Below the pieces are notes generated by a model that ran no database searches, was not told the origin of the DNA, and was given only the letters and a program-made list of their open reading frames with translations. From NCBI RefSeq assembly GCF_006345805.1, contig NC_042999.1, positions 33,232,001 through 33,296,000 of the forward strand: 64,000 nucleotides of DNA, given 5' to 3'. The DNA is from Octopus sinensis. Taxonomy: Eukaryota. Position 1 is the stretch's first letter. Every line of letters begins with the position of its first letter. Shown here piece after piece: positions 1 through 12,717 of this stretch. Position numbers and translations under genes: made by a program.

Positions 1-532
1 TTCACTTCGCGACAGCTTATTTACTTCTGCATTATTCTGAATTCTAACAAAATACACACTCGCTGAGGTGAATTCTCAAATTCGATGCTTTGTTCTATCC
101 AAGCCAAATGATAACAAATGAAATCTATAGCGAAAATCTTGAACGGCGTATGTCAGTGCTAGAAGGAAAAGGAAAATATTTGGTTTCAAGATGAAAGGTG
201 TTCTTCTATTAGGATATTACTTGGTGACATACAACGAGGATGGCATGCCAATGGATGTAGCATTTTGAATGGAAAACGGTGCTCCAGCCACCATATCCAT
301 GGGGCATTGCCTCAGTTAATTATCATTTATTCCGTAGCGTTCAAAATCCTTTCGACGGAGAACAATATGAATTCTGTAGACGAGGTCAGAAAAGTACTGG
401 AGGAGTGCTTTTCGTTAGGGACACGTGGATGTACGTACACTGCTGCTGTATATAGATATTAGTAGCATAATGGCCACAGAGTACATGTAGATTGTCGAAT
501 CAACATATTTACATATCTACAAAAGTATGAAA

Positions 533-574
533 CATTGGTGTATATCTATATATATTTATACATCTGTATGTATG

Positions 575-609
<35 letters not shown>

Positions 610-701
610 GCGTGTGTGTGTGTTTGCGTATGTGTGTGAGTATGTGTGCATGTGTGTGCGTGTATGTGAATGTGTGTCCGTGCGTGCGTGCGTGTGTATA
701 T

Positions 702-734
<33 letters not shown>

Positions 735-889
735 AATGTATGTATATGAATTTATAAACATATATATTTTATATATATGCATATATATATGTGTGTGTGT
801 GCGTGTACATAGCACTTACACAATGATCTATTGGTTTAGATCATTAGTGAATTTAACCCTTCCTATACTTATATATATATATATATGTC

Positions 890-973
<84 letters not shown>

Positions 974-985
974 TATATTTAAAGA
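533..985. repeat. Compound (TG)n/(TA)n microsatellite
   Basis: Directly visible dinucleotide arrays; they generate the spurious YI/VC-repeat ORFs. Confidence 0.95.
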
Positions 986-1362
986 AGGAGAATGCACAAC
1001 ATTACATAGATTTAATATAGTGTTTATATACCTTTTATTTTGTTTGTCGTCCGTTTTCGCTTTCACTATTCATGACATTAAAATTTCTTAAGAAAATAAG
1101 AATTTAAATAAATTTTCATTATTAGTGTAAGCGAATCTGTATGTAGGTGTGCACTTATGTATGTAAGGATGACGTGGTTCAGGACATTCTACGTTTACTG
1201 AGTTGACATTAGCCTACCGATAGCTAACAGAAATTATAATTTTCCAATCTCCACTTCGATGCTGTCAGATTTTCTAATTGCGATTTCTAAGCTAAGGTCT
1301 GAACCACACATTGTTATATCACACATATCTCTCAAAGTTAAAATAGGCTGTAAATTTCCTCA

Positions 1363-1366
<4 letters not shown>

Positions 1367-1420
<54 letters not shown>
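1367..1420. repeat. (CT)n microsatellite
   Basis: Uninterrupted tctctc run of about 54 bp. Confidence 0.97.
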
Positions 1421-1424
<4 letters not shown>

Positions 1425-2733
1425 CAGTGCCTACACCATATAATACGTTCAATCAACATTGATAATATAGTACCTATTCACGTATACGAATTCTATTTAC
1501 TACCTATCTGAAACATTCAAATTTTGAGGTATGTGATATTTAAATCCACTCATCAATATCTCCCCTCTTCTATGCAACTTAATATTTTTCTTTGAATATT
1601 CCTTTACAAACAAACATTTGTTATTAAACATTGTCTCTTTATTGGAAATATGTTTGTTTTTGTACAGTGTCGTTACTGCAAACAGAGATTTTAAAGTTGT
1701 TTTTGTCACGTTCATTGCAAAATTTGTTTAAAAATAGCAAATTTCCTCGAGGCATTGCCTTAATTAAATCAAATTCATTATTCGCCGAATATTTTACCGG
1801 ATGGTAAAGATGACTCTGCTATTTTGATGTTTCACTAGTGTCAAATAAATTGAAGTTTTCGGATATTGTTTAAAAAATCTGAATAAAAACAACCGGATTA
1901 AAATATTAATACAGGTGTCTGTTAAAAGTTTACTAATTATTGTAACGTCATGAATATATTTTTGCTTTATTTTCATGTCTAGTTTTGATTAAGGATCTTT
2001 GACCAGTTTAATTGTGACCAAGATTATCGTTTTGAAATCTACAATTATTATCTCATCTATTTAACCAAAATCAAATCAAATTCTGAATCCTACTATATAA
2101 AACTTTAGATTAATAAATAGTAATAATAATGTCACACATGACCTACTGTCAAGAACATAGAATATTATATTAAAATGCAGATACTCGTATTTTGTCCTAG
2201 CGTGTATAAATAATGTTGAGATCAGGACATAATTTGAGAAGAAATAGAATATGATAATGTGGATGCAGGAGTGCTGATATTCATAAATAATCAATAGCGT
2301 GAAACAGAGAGTATTCCTTTCGCTGTTTATTTTTCCTCCATATGACCAGATGCATGTTTGGAAAATTTCATTTAATTTACGAAGTACTATGTGATACATA
2401 GTATAGAAAGAACAGAGCTACGTACAAAATTTCTTGTGATATTTATTTAAGTGAACTTGCTACCGCTATATAGAATAAAGAGTCAGTTAGCAGTTACTTA
2501 ATGATGAAGATAAGATTCAATCAATCCGAAATGTTGACGCCTGCAACCGTGGCAACGTACATTCCTTATTTCTTGCATTGCTAATTATCTTGAAGATTGT
2601 TACAGATTGCTAAACAATAAAATATCATTTATATATACAATATTATATTATATTATATTTATATGTGTGTGCGTGTGTGTTCACAAATATATACACATAC
2701 GCACACATGAGCACAAACAAAATATCTACACAC

Positions 2734-2775
<42 letters not shown>

Positions 2776-3859
2776 ATGCATATAGAAAATGTATATGTAC
2801 CCGCATATATATATTTACGCATATATACATGTATGTGCGTGTATCTGTGTCTGAGGGGGTATCATAGTGAGCAAATAGCTGCACCAGTATCTATTAACTA
2901 TTGCAGTAATATAGTTTGGTTTTAATTAAAATTGTTTAGCTATTCTACTTTTTGCAATTACTGCATCGTTTCTCATGGGTATGCCCATGCATTATATATA
3001 GCCTATATACTAATTTTCTCAATATCTACTAATAGTTGTTACAATTCTCAAGGCCTATTATTTAGTTTAGCATCAGAATTTTCAGCTGTAATGTTAGTAA
3101 AACCGAATTATTTTTTTGATGGGATGCTCATTATGTTCGCTTCCTGAAATGAAATATCGCTTAAAGCGAATTCCTGCTTGCTGCCAGTTCTAAAAAATAT
3201 TTTAATGAAATTGTTTTCACGTTATTCTTCAACGTGTTTAACGCTCTTATCCATTATTTTGTCGCTAAGATTCAACCTATAATTGAAGATTGTGTATTAT
3301 TGTGGAATAACTACAACGATAATAATTCGCAATTGAAATATTTTTATTATATCACATTTGTGTTCATCTCAACAATAACTATGCTAATCAGTTTATCGAT
3401 ATCACCCCTGTAATATGCACCTGTGTCTTAATGGAATTGCTTCAGTTGTATCAATAATAATCATTATTGTTTATTATTCCCAAAATTCCAAGTACAATGA
3501 CGAAATAGTTCCAACTAAATCTTTGAATTTCCTAGAAGTCGGAGATTGTTGACTTATTTTCATTATTTTCCAATATCTTCGTGACGATAACACACTAAGA
3601 TTATCAATAAAGATGATCTCCTTTGCTTTTCCGCTTCATCACATGGCTATTCCATGACTGATAATTATACTCACAATGATGTTGTTAATGAGCTTTTATT
3701 GATTACATACTTTTTCGTATGCAAAACACCATCTACTTTAAATGCAAATGAAAAATAAATGATCTTGATATTTTTTCATTAATAACTATTATGGATTCCG
3801 ACATTAATGTATCACTAAAATAATTCTCTTTAGATACGCATATACAGACACGCACACAT

Positions 3860-4015
3860 TTACATAGACATATATACATATATACACACATACATACATA
3901 CACATATATATAATATATATATATATATTATATATCTATATATATATATACATATATATATATGTAAATATATATATATATATATATAATATATATATAT
4001 ATATATAATATATAT

Positions 4016-4051
<36 letters not shown>

Positions 4052-4097
4052 CATACACACACACACACACAACACACACACATATATATATATATGT
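3860..4097. repeat. (TA)n/(CA)n microsatellite at the 5' flank of the LINE
   Basis: Directly visible array ending where the LINE reading frame begins. Confidence 0.93.
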
Positions 4098-5749
4098 GAT
4101 ATAAAATCAGAGGCGGCGACGATAGATTACATCGATATAAAGGAAGACGATGTAACCAAGGCTATAGATGAAATGAAAACAGACTCAGCTACTGGCCCCG
4201 ATGGATTCCCGGCAATCCTCCTAAAAGCATGTAAGAGAGTCCTAGCAAGACCACTGCAGTTCCTCTTTCAGAGCTTCCTTGCAGCTGGCAAACTTCCAGG
4301 AAAACTGAAGGAAGGTAAAATATGCCCCATTCATAAAGGAGGTAGCAGAGCGGAAGCCAAGAACTATAGACCTATCTCTCTGACCTCACACATCAGCAAG
4401 GTCATGGAACGAATAGTCAGAAGGAAGCTGATCACCTTCCTTGAAGAGAATGACTTGCTGCCCGACACCCAACATGGTTCCGACCAGGGAGAAGCTGTTT
4501 AACTCAGCTCCTACAACACTATGACTGGGTGCTGAAACGGCTGCTCAACCACTCAAATGTGGAAGTGATATATCTCGACTTTGCAAAGGCCTTTGATAAA
4601 GTCGATCATGGAATGATATGTCACAAACTGCGTGATCTCAACATAGTTGGAAAACTGGGAGAATGGCTTCATGACTTTCTGAAGGATAGAAGTCAGGTGG
4701 TAGTAGCCAATGGGGCCACCTCCATTAACACACAAATAGTGAGCGGTGTTCCGCAGGGCACTGTTCTGGGACCACTACTGTTCATAATGGCCCTCTCAGA
4801 CATGCCCTCAGCCACGCAGAGAGCCACGATCACAAGTTATGCAGATGATACAAAAGTTTCACAGGCAATACAGAACCCTGAGGACACTAAACACCTGCAA
4901 TGTGAGCTGGACGAAATATACAAGTGGGCTGAAAAGAATAGCAAGCAGTTCAATGCTGGAAAGTTTCAAGCTTTATACTATCAGCATGCAAAACTGAATG
5001 CAATACCCAATGAATACACTGGACCCGGAGGGATTGCAATCCCAGAGGCACAATCAGTGCGTGACCTGGGTATTCACATGAGTGATGACGCGACCTTTCA
5101 TGTACATGTTGCTAAACTGACAATGAAATGTAGACGGCTGGCTGGATGGATTCTTAGAACCTTTAGAACAAGAGAACAAGAAACCATGATGGTCCTCTGG
5201 AAGACACTTGTCCTAAGCCACTTTGACTATTGCTCTCAGCTATGGTCACCATCCAGTGTCAAGTTGATCACAGAACTTGAGGCGATCCAACGAAGCTACA
5301 CAAAGAAGATAGCCTCTATGCAGAATGTAAGCTACTGGGAAAGACTCAAGAGATTAAAATTATATTCCCTGGAGCGTAGGCGGGAAAGATATGCCATAAT
5401 ATACATCTGGAAGATCCTGGAGGGAAGTGTCCTGAACTTTGGCATCGAGAGTTACGCAAATGCCATAACTGGGCGCCACTGCGTGGTGCCTAGGACTCCA
5501 AACCTGCCATCAAGATGTAGGACAAGATTCTGTGATAGTCTGGGCTTCCGAGGCCCACAGCTCTTCAATATCCTCCCGAAGAACCTGAGAGACCTGCATG
5601 GGGTGGATACAGATGTCTTTAAAATGAAGCTGGATCTCTTCCTGTCAGGTGTCCCAGATGAACCAACTTCACGGCGGGAGGGGCAGATGAGGGCAGCTGC
5701 ATCGAACTCTCTCATGCACCAAATAGCAGTTGCTAGAAAGCCTCCATGA
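4098..5749 (+). pseudogene. LINE ORF2 reverse transcriptase, broken by a 1-nt deletion at about 4479
   Basis: ORFs 4173-4502 and 4529-5749 join if one T is restored (CAA CAT GGT T[T]C CGA CCA GGG AGA AGC TGT TTA = QHGFRPGRSCL, the canonical motif). No endonuclease domain is present. Confidence 0.9.
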
Positions 5750-5836
5750 AGTGAAACCAAGTAGCAACACCAAATGGCGGTGCCCCAGCATGGCCACAGC
5801 TCATAAGCTGAAACTAGAATCAATCAATCAATCAAT

Positions 5837-5838
<2 letters not shown>
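4098..5838 (+). mobile_element. 5'-truncated non-LTR retrotransposon (CR1/L2-group LINE): RT region, 3' UTR and (ATCA)n tail
   Basis: Motifs SATGPDG, NYRPISLTS, IYLDFAKAFDKVDH, GVPQGTVLGPLLF, YADD, DLGI, LERRRERY. Stop at 5749, short 3' UTR, aatcaatcaatc tail at 5818-5838, (TA)n on both sides. Confidence 0.92.
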
Positions 5839-5919
<81 letters not shown>

Positions 5920-6544
5920 AGCATGCATGTAGAGACACATGTATATCGGTTTTAAATGTAGTTATAAAGTAGTCTGAAACATCTTTTTAGTGTTTTATAT
6001 TTTGTTTAATTGCAGAATCCGACTGTGCTATGCATTTAGGCAGCGATAACGAAATTAAATGAGTTTTCTATATTCCAATTCGTTCAAAGCGATACAATGT
6101 TAGACGCCGATTTGGAAACAAAAATCTTTTATTCCCCTAACATTTTGCTTATTTCTGCAAAAAATGTTAGTCCGACTATGTACATGGTTCCATTTAATGA
6201 TAGCAATTACGTATATTATGTATGATAACTTGCAGACGAATTATTTTCTCTCAGAAACTATAATGTCATTAAGGAAGTACTCTTACTATAATCATTAAAA
6301 AATAATTACATTACAATTTACTGCTTTGAAATTAATTAATATAACCAATTATCAATTATCTTAAATATGTATATGTAAATATATCTCGAAGATACAATTT
6401 ATATCTTAAAGTAACGTGTGGCATTTTAATATCAGTGCCTTAGATTATATATATATATACATAACAAAGTGGAGTTGTGGGGTACCGCACGAGTGGAATT
6501 ATATACGAAAGGAGGTTCGAAAATGCAATTTGAAAGATGTTTAT

Positions 6545-6589
6545 TTACTTTACCGGTTTCACTCTTTGGAAAAAGATTGTCAAAAGTAA
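6545..6589 (-). ncRNA. Type I hammerhead-like motif, U3-A8 core variant (pLTR family A)
   Basis: Minus strand: TTACTT-TTGACAA-TCTTT ttcc AAAGA gt-GAAAC CG GTA-AAGTAA. 6-bp stem I, palindromic ACCGGU stem III, GUA site. Confidence 0.6.
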
Positions 6590-7804
6590 CATGTAGAAGT
6601 TTGGTTGTGTTAATTATTGGTTGTTGCAAATTGCTACGTTACATATATACAGTCTTTGGTAACAGGGACATGTTAAGGACATGTTAAGGACAAGTTCCTT
6701 AAAATATTGGGCACAAAGATTACTACATAAATAATCGTTCTCAAGGACATGCTTAAGATAGTTTCCAGAAGGAATTGATATTGGTATTGTATCTGTATAT
6801 TCAGATATGCACATAATATTGGTTGACACAGAGTACTATAATTCATATAAATATACATTCTTTGGTGACAAGAGTATGTTGAGAATATAAAAAAAGTTTA
6901 ACAAGCTCATTGAAATAATGGGCACAAAAAATTACAACAAATATATTATACAACTTAAGATAATTTCTAGGAGAAATTATAAAAAAAGTTCAGTATAGAC
7001 GTGCAGAATATTATGAGTTCAAAAAGATTTACATTATAATAGTGGTGAAGCTAAAACTGACCTGTCCGTTTAAGGAGAAATGTGGAACTGAAAAGAATGT
7101 GCCTTTTTCTTTTTTTGTCTCTCCTTCAAGCATCAATGATTTTGGGGTCACGATGGGGGTGAGTGTTTGTATCTTTGTGTGTGTGTGTGTGTGCGTGCAT
7201 ACATACATATGTGGTGTGAATAGATGTGTCTGTGTGTCTGTAATATCTGGTAGGATGGTGTGACCGTTTGTCAACCGCTTGTGTTGTTGTCTTGGTGTTG
7301 TGTGTGTGTGTGTATGTATGTATGTGTGTGGATGGCATTTGACATGTTGCTGAGTGTGTATATGTGTATCTGTATGGAAGTGAGATTGGTGTGAGTGTGA
7401 GTGTCCTTCTGTGTGTGCATATATATGTATACATGAGTTTGTGTGTGTGTGGGGTCTGTTTTTGATTGGTTCCAGGGTGGTGTAAATAGATGTGTGTTAT
7501 TTAAAGAATTTTTGGGGGTAGGATGGTGTGTGTATATGTGTGCCCGTTTGTGTGTGTGTGTATGTGTGTGGTTAATGTCTATCAGTGTGTTTCGTGTGCG
7601 TTAGTGTGTATGTGTTTGTTCGCATGTGTGTCCATGTCTGTTGGGTGTATCCGTGTTGGGTGCATGCGTGTATATGCATCTTGCGTGTGTTGGTATTGAG
7701 CATGTGCTTGTGTGTGTGCGTACACACGATGTGGGTGCACGCGTCTTTGTGTGTGTATATACATGCATACATGTGTCTACGCGTATGTGAGGGCCATACA
7801 TACG

Positions 7805-7844
<40 letters not shown>

Positions 7845-8118
7845 CATATACATACCACACACACACACACACATCACACACATACACGACACACACACAT
7901 ACACCACACACACAACATACATATACACAACACACACATATATACATATAATATATATATATACATATGCACAATGCACATACATATAATGCACACACAT
8001 ATATATATAATGCACACACACTCATAATATACATACATATAACATACACATACATATACATATACACACCACACACATACACACACAATGCATTCACATA
8101 TACACATATACAATGCAT

Positions 8119-8149
<31 letters not shown>

Positions 8150-8442
8150 CAATACACATATATATACATATATAAAACTTATATACACATATAAATACAT
8201 ACATACACAGAACGCATACATATATATACACACACACAACGCACACATATATACATACATAACATAGACATACATAACAAACATATATATAATGTATGCG
8301 TGTGTGTGTTGTGTATGTGTGTGGTCAATGTCTGTTAGTGTGTTGCATATGTGCTGATGTGTGTATGTGTTTGTTTGCATGATACGTTGCGAGTGTGCGT
8401 GTGTCTTTGTTTGTTTGTTTTGGATGTGTGCCTGGGGGTATG

Positions 8443-8860
8443 TTAGAGTATGTTTTGTTGTGGTCTGTATTTTTTAATAAGATTATTTTCCCTATTTATT
8501 CGTGTTTGGTCTGTGGTGTTGTCCGAGCATTTGTATAGTGGGAAGACTAAGAATTCGGGAGACTTATTGTGTGCACAGAGGTCTAAGTGTCCACTAAGCG
8601 GTATTTCTCTTGTGGAGGGGTCCCTCAGTTGTTGGCGGTGAACTGTCATTCTTTCTCTGAGGATAAGGCTCGTTTGCCCTATGTAGTCTTCGTGGCACCC
8701 TTCACACCTTATGAGGTAGAGTAAATTTTTTGATGCGCACGTGAAATTATTTTTTACGATGAATGTGTGTCCCGACCGGATCTTGTACGTCGATCCCTCA
8801 ATGAGGTGGATGCAAGTCCTGCAGTTGGGACGACCACATTTTTTGACGGTGGGCGGTGGG
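8443..8860 (-). pseudogene. Cys-rich linker plus GIY-YIG endonuclease of the Penelope-like element
   Basis: Manual translation: VKKCGRPNCRTCIHL...FTCASKNLLYLIRCEGCHEDYIGQT...RERMTVHRQQ...RENNLIKKYRPQQNIL*. Confidence 0.9.
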
Positions 8861-9117
8861 TTTGTGTTGTGTAATTTTGCGTTGGTGAGGAGGTTTTTTA
8901 GGGATTTAGGTTGTCTCTTACTTTTTATTATTTTATGAGCTGCCAGTAATTTTTGTAGGCGTGGGTCTTGATTTAGCTGTGGAATGTTGTTGTATATAAT
9001 AGTGTAAGCTCCTGCATTTCTTGGGTTGTGTGTTGAGAGATAGGGGAGGCTATTTACTGTACTGTGGATGTGTTTAGGTTTTCGTAAGTCTTGAGTTTTA
9101 ATTGATTTGCCCCGTTC

Positions 9118-10330
9118 TTATCCGTTGTCCACTAGTGATGTCGGGTAATGTCCTTCGAGAAGAATTGCCCTTAGTTCCCGAATTCTTCTATTTCGTGTTG
9201 TGTCATTTGGGACAATTGTGCAGATTCTTCTCGCTAAGTTGAAGGGGATATTTGTCTTTGTGTGTTTTGGGTGATTGTAGGTGAATAGATGGTATTGTTT
9301 AGAGTCAGTGGGTTTGTAATGGATGTCAGTTTCAATGTTCACGCCTTTTTTAATGATTAGAATGTCAAGAAAGTGAGTTGGACCTGACAATATTCCATTG
9401 TGAATTGAATGTGGTTATTTACACTGCTGATAAGGTTTTTGAAGTCAATAAGTTGGTCGAGTGTGTGGGACCATAGGACGAGGCAATTATCTACGTAGCG
9501 TTTCCAGTTCCCCAACAGGTATTTGTGGAAAGACTGGCCGTACTTATATTTGGATTTTTCATAAATATGTGATAGGCCATCATCAGGTTTGCATAGGTAG
9601 GGGCAACTTTCGTACCCATTGCAGTTCCTGAAACCTGTCTGTAAGTGTTATTATTGAAATTCATGAAGTTGTTTTGCAGAATAAATTTGAGCCCCTCAAT
9701 GATGAATTCTTTTTTTATTCTTCCCGGGATCTCATTGGGATATTTATCCAGCCAGAATTTAATGGCTTCCAGTCTATATTCATGTGGGATTGTGGTGTAA
9801 AGGTTTATTACATGTAAGGGAACGATTAAAGTGTCTTTATCGGTATGTTTGGGGAGATGATTTAATTGGTCCAGGTCATCCCTTACAATGCTTGGAATGT
9901 GTTTCAGTATTGGTTTTAGGATGATATCGATAAATTTGCTAAGTCTGTGTGTTTCACAACTTGGGCCAGCCACTATTGGTCTCAGTTTGAGATCAGTGGG
10001 ATGTGGTATAGTGATGCAGGTTGAAGTGGACTTTTTGCAAGCTTCTGTGATAATTTCACTCTTGTGTATTTTTGGAAGCCCATAGAGTGTGCTGGTTTTG
10101 CAATTAAAGTTTGTTATGAAGTCGCATTCCTTTGATGTTAAGTCATTCCGGTGTTGGTAAATGAGTGCCTTCAGTTTGGTCGTTGTTTTGGATTGCTGGT
10201 AGTCGACTACTCTTCCATAGTATGTAGTATCCTCTAAAAGGTGAGATACAGAGTTTTTATATTGCTCAGTATTCATGATAACGACCGTACTACCCGTATC
10301 TGCTTCCTTTATTGTGACGTCATGATTGTC
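9118..10330 (-). pseudogene. Penelope-type reverse transcriptase, frameshifted, catalytic Asp residues substituted
   Basis: LYGLPKIHK, LRPIVAG, GTAMGTKVAPTYANL, FLDILI, YKPTDSKQY. WKRYVDN at 9486-9497 (YVDD to YVDN); PLHVINLY where xDVxxLY is expected. Confidence 0.9.
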
Positions 10331-10458
10331 TCGTAGCGTATGGATGATTTCCCATTCTCTTTTACTGGTGTTGGGTTTGGGTTTAGGTTGTGGAAGTTCA
10401 CCATAAGGGAAGTTTGAGATGTAATCGCAAAATTTGTCTCAGGTTTTGTTTTTGCCTT

Positions 10459-11576
10459 TTATGGGATTATAGCTGCTTTTGTTACGGACCATTGATTCGT
10501 CGTTATTATTAGTTTCTTTGTCAAAAAATTCCTCTGTGAGGAGTAATTTTCTGCAAAATGTGAGATGTCATCCTGTATTTCCCTCAGGTTAGGGTATTTC
10601 GGAGTTGGGGTGAATTTTAGTCCTTTTGAAAGGATTTTTATTTGTGGTGTCGGCAGGTTTAGGTTAGAGAGATTCACTATTTTTGGTTTTTCGGGGTTGG
10701 TATCTACCATCTGGTGTCGTGGAAACTGATGCCCTTGCCTAAAAGAGGAATCCTGGGGATTCTTCTATCTGCGGTATTTGCTGTGTGTGGTTCTTTTCCC
10801 CGTTGAAATGTTGTCTGTTGAAGAGGTTTGGGTTGTTCCAGAGTCTGGGTTGTTGGTGTGGCCTCCTGGAAGAGTTTTGGTTACTCCAGGGTCTGGGTTG
10901 TTTGTCCTGGGTGTAATGTTGGTTCCTTAGAGTGGGTTGGAAAACACATTCATGGTTTAGAAGTGAATTGTTATATGTTGGGAGAGAACTGAGTTTGGAA
11001 CGGTTTGGATTGGAATCTACAATCATAGTTCAGAGATAGGTTTCTAAGTGATGGGTAGGATCTCCGATCCTGGAACGGTTCTTGTGTGTGTTGGGGTCTA
11101 CATTGTCTGGTAAAGTTTTGTCTTGTGTTGGTGGGTGTCTCGTTTTTTTTATGGGATTGTAGTGCTATCTGTAAGTTCTGTTTTTGTTGTCAATGTTAGG
11201 GGTGGTGTGTGTTCGGTGTTTTGTGATTTGTTTTCTTTGTTCTTGGTGAGGGGTGTGAGTTGAAGTTGATATTTTAAAATATGGGTTGCTTGAATGGTGT
11301 TCATTTTTTAACTCTGTTTCATAATTCGCGAACCAGCTGTTTTTTCCATTCGCTGGAGGGATGTTAGTTCTTCATCCTCGCAGTTTTTTCTCCAGAGTTT
11401 GGTTTTATCAAGGAGTGCTCCTTCACAGTGTTTGAGATTTCAATCTGCATTTCATTGTCAAGGGTCTTGAATTTTTCTTCACTAGCGTTGGCTCTGAGCC
11501 GCAAAAGTTCTACTTCCGTTTTGAATTTTTCGAAAGCTAGTTTCTCCGTGAGGTTTGTTTTGATTTTCTGGTTCAT
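10459..11576 (-). pseudogene. N-terminal region of the Penelope-like ORF (fragments)
   Basis: IVNLSNLNL..QIKILSKGLKFTPTP is typical of the region upstream of the PLE RT; an upstream coiled-coil-like fragment is collinear. Confidence 0.65.
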
Positions 11577-12307
11577 TTTGGATGGGCTTTATTTGTAGTT
11601 TTCTGGGTAGGATGATAGGGGTGGGGTTGAGCCACTTTTCATAAATGTCAGCTTTGTTATTATTTTTTATGAAATTCCAAACTTGCGTGCTTTGAGATTT
11701 TTACTCCAGGTGTTGTTAAGAGTGCTTTTAACTGAGAAGCAGTCTTTAGTTTGTTCCTGCTTTTAAATTGCATTTTCAAACCTTCTTTCGTGTTTATATA
11801 TATATATATATATATAATATATATATATATCTTCAAGTTTTTATCTATCTGTATTATCATCTATATTAAAATTGATGAAAGAGAAGTGGCATAGTAATTT
11901 CTGTTTATTCTTAACTTTCCTTCAAACGTTTATGTCACATTTACTTAATTTCGACATTTATTAAGGAACCCAACTGTTGAAATATTAAAGAAATAAAATT
12001 ATGAAAAGTTGAAATTCATATATTTGCACCTTCGCATTTCCACATATTCATATGTTTTTGAAAACATTAAAGTGCTAATATTCATAAATGTTACAATCAT
12101 ATATATCACTCAAAATTAAATATATACATTTACACCATGCACGCTCGGTACCGAAGTCCTTCAACGGTTATGAAAATCAATTTTTGTATTGACATCTTTA
12201 TACACGCTCTTACCAATTGAGAATATAGTTTGTATCTCATTATTTTGATACATTCACACTCACACAAACGTCTGCACACACACACATACATACATAATAC
12301 ATACATG

Positions 12308-12341
<34 letters not shown>

Positions 12342-12371
12342 TATATACATATATATATCCACATATATATA

Positions 12372-12530
12372 TAACGGGGAGAGCTTACGGAAAAAAACAA
12401 AAGACGAAGACAGGTAGTGTACAAAACAAACAGATGTATTAGTATAAATAGAAAAAGTCTTTTACGTTTCGAGTCTACGCTCTTCTACAGAAAAAAACAG
12501 AGAAAAATGTGTGTAGTGGCTAACGTTCTA
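12372..12530 (-). mobile_element. Short pLTR-like fragment with hammerhead-like motif (family D), related to 39315-39480
   Basis: Shared GAAGAGCGTAG(A/G)CTCGAAACGTAAAAGAC on the minus strand and a shared acagaaaacaaaag..cgaagacag flank; next to (TA)n. Confidence 0.55.
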
Positions 12531-12673
12531 TCATGGTGACTGTTATATAGTCGCCATGGAGATGTTATATATATATATAACATCCGATTTTTTATCACCA
12601 TTCTGCGTTGCTCCAGTCCACTGAGATACTAAAAATGAATACGCTTGCACTACACGGGGTTCCGACAAGGGAG

Positions 12674-12717
<44 letters not shown>

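Larger units (their letters stand above)
6445..11860 (-). mobile_element. Decayed Penelope-like element (probably Neptune-type): ORF remnants plus ~2 kb CA-rich 3' region and terminal pLTR
   Basis: Minus-strand order: coiled-coil N-terminal part, IVNLS..ILSKGLKFTPT, TIKEADTGSTVVIM, RT, CxxxxCxxC linker, GIY-YIG. 6445-8440 is homologous in reverse to 36793-38240 and ends in a hammerhead-like motif. The 5' boundary is approximate. Confidence 0.85.

Noticed and set aside
509-1091. ORFs rich in YI/VC/HT repeats, here and at many other sites in the track
   Set aside because: They are translations of (TA)n/(TG)n microsatellites, open only because the repeats lack stops.
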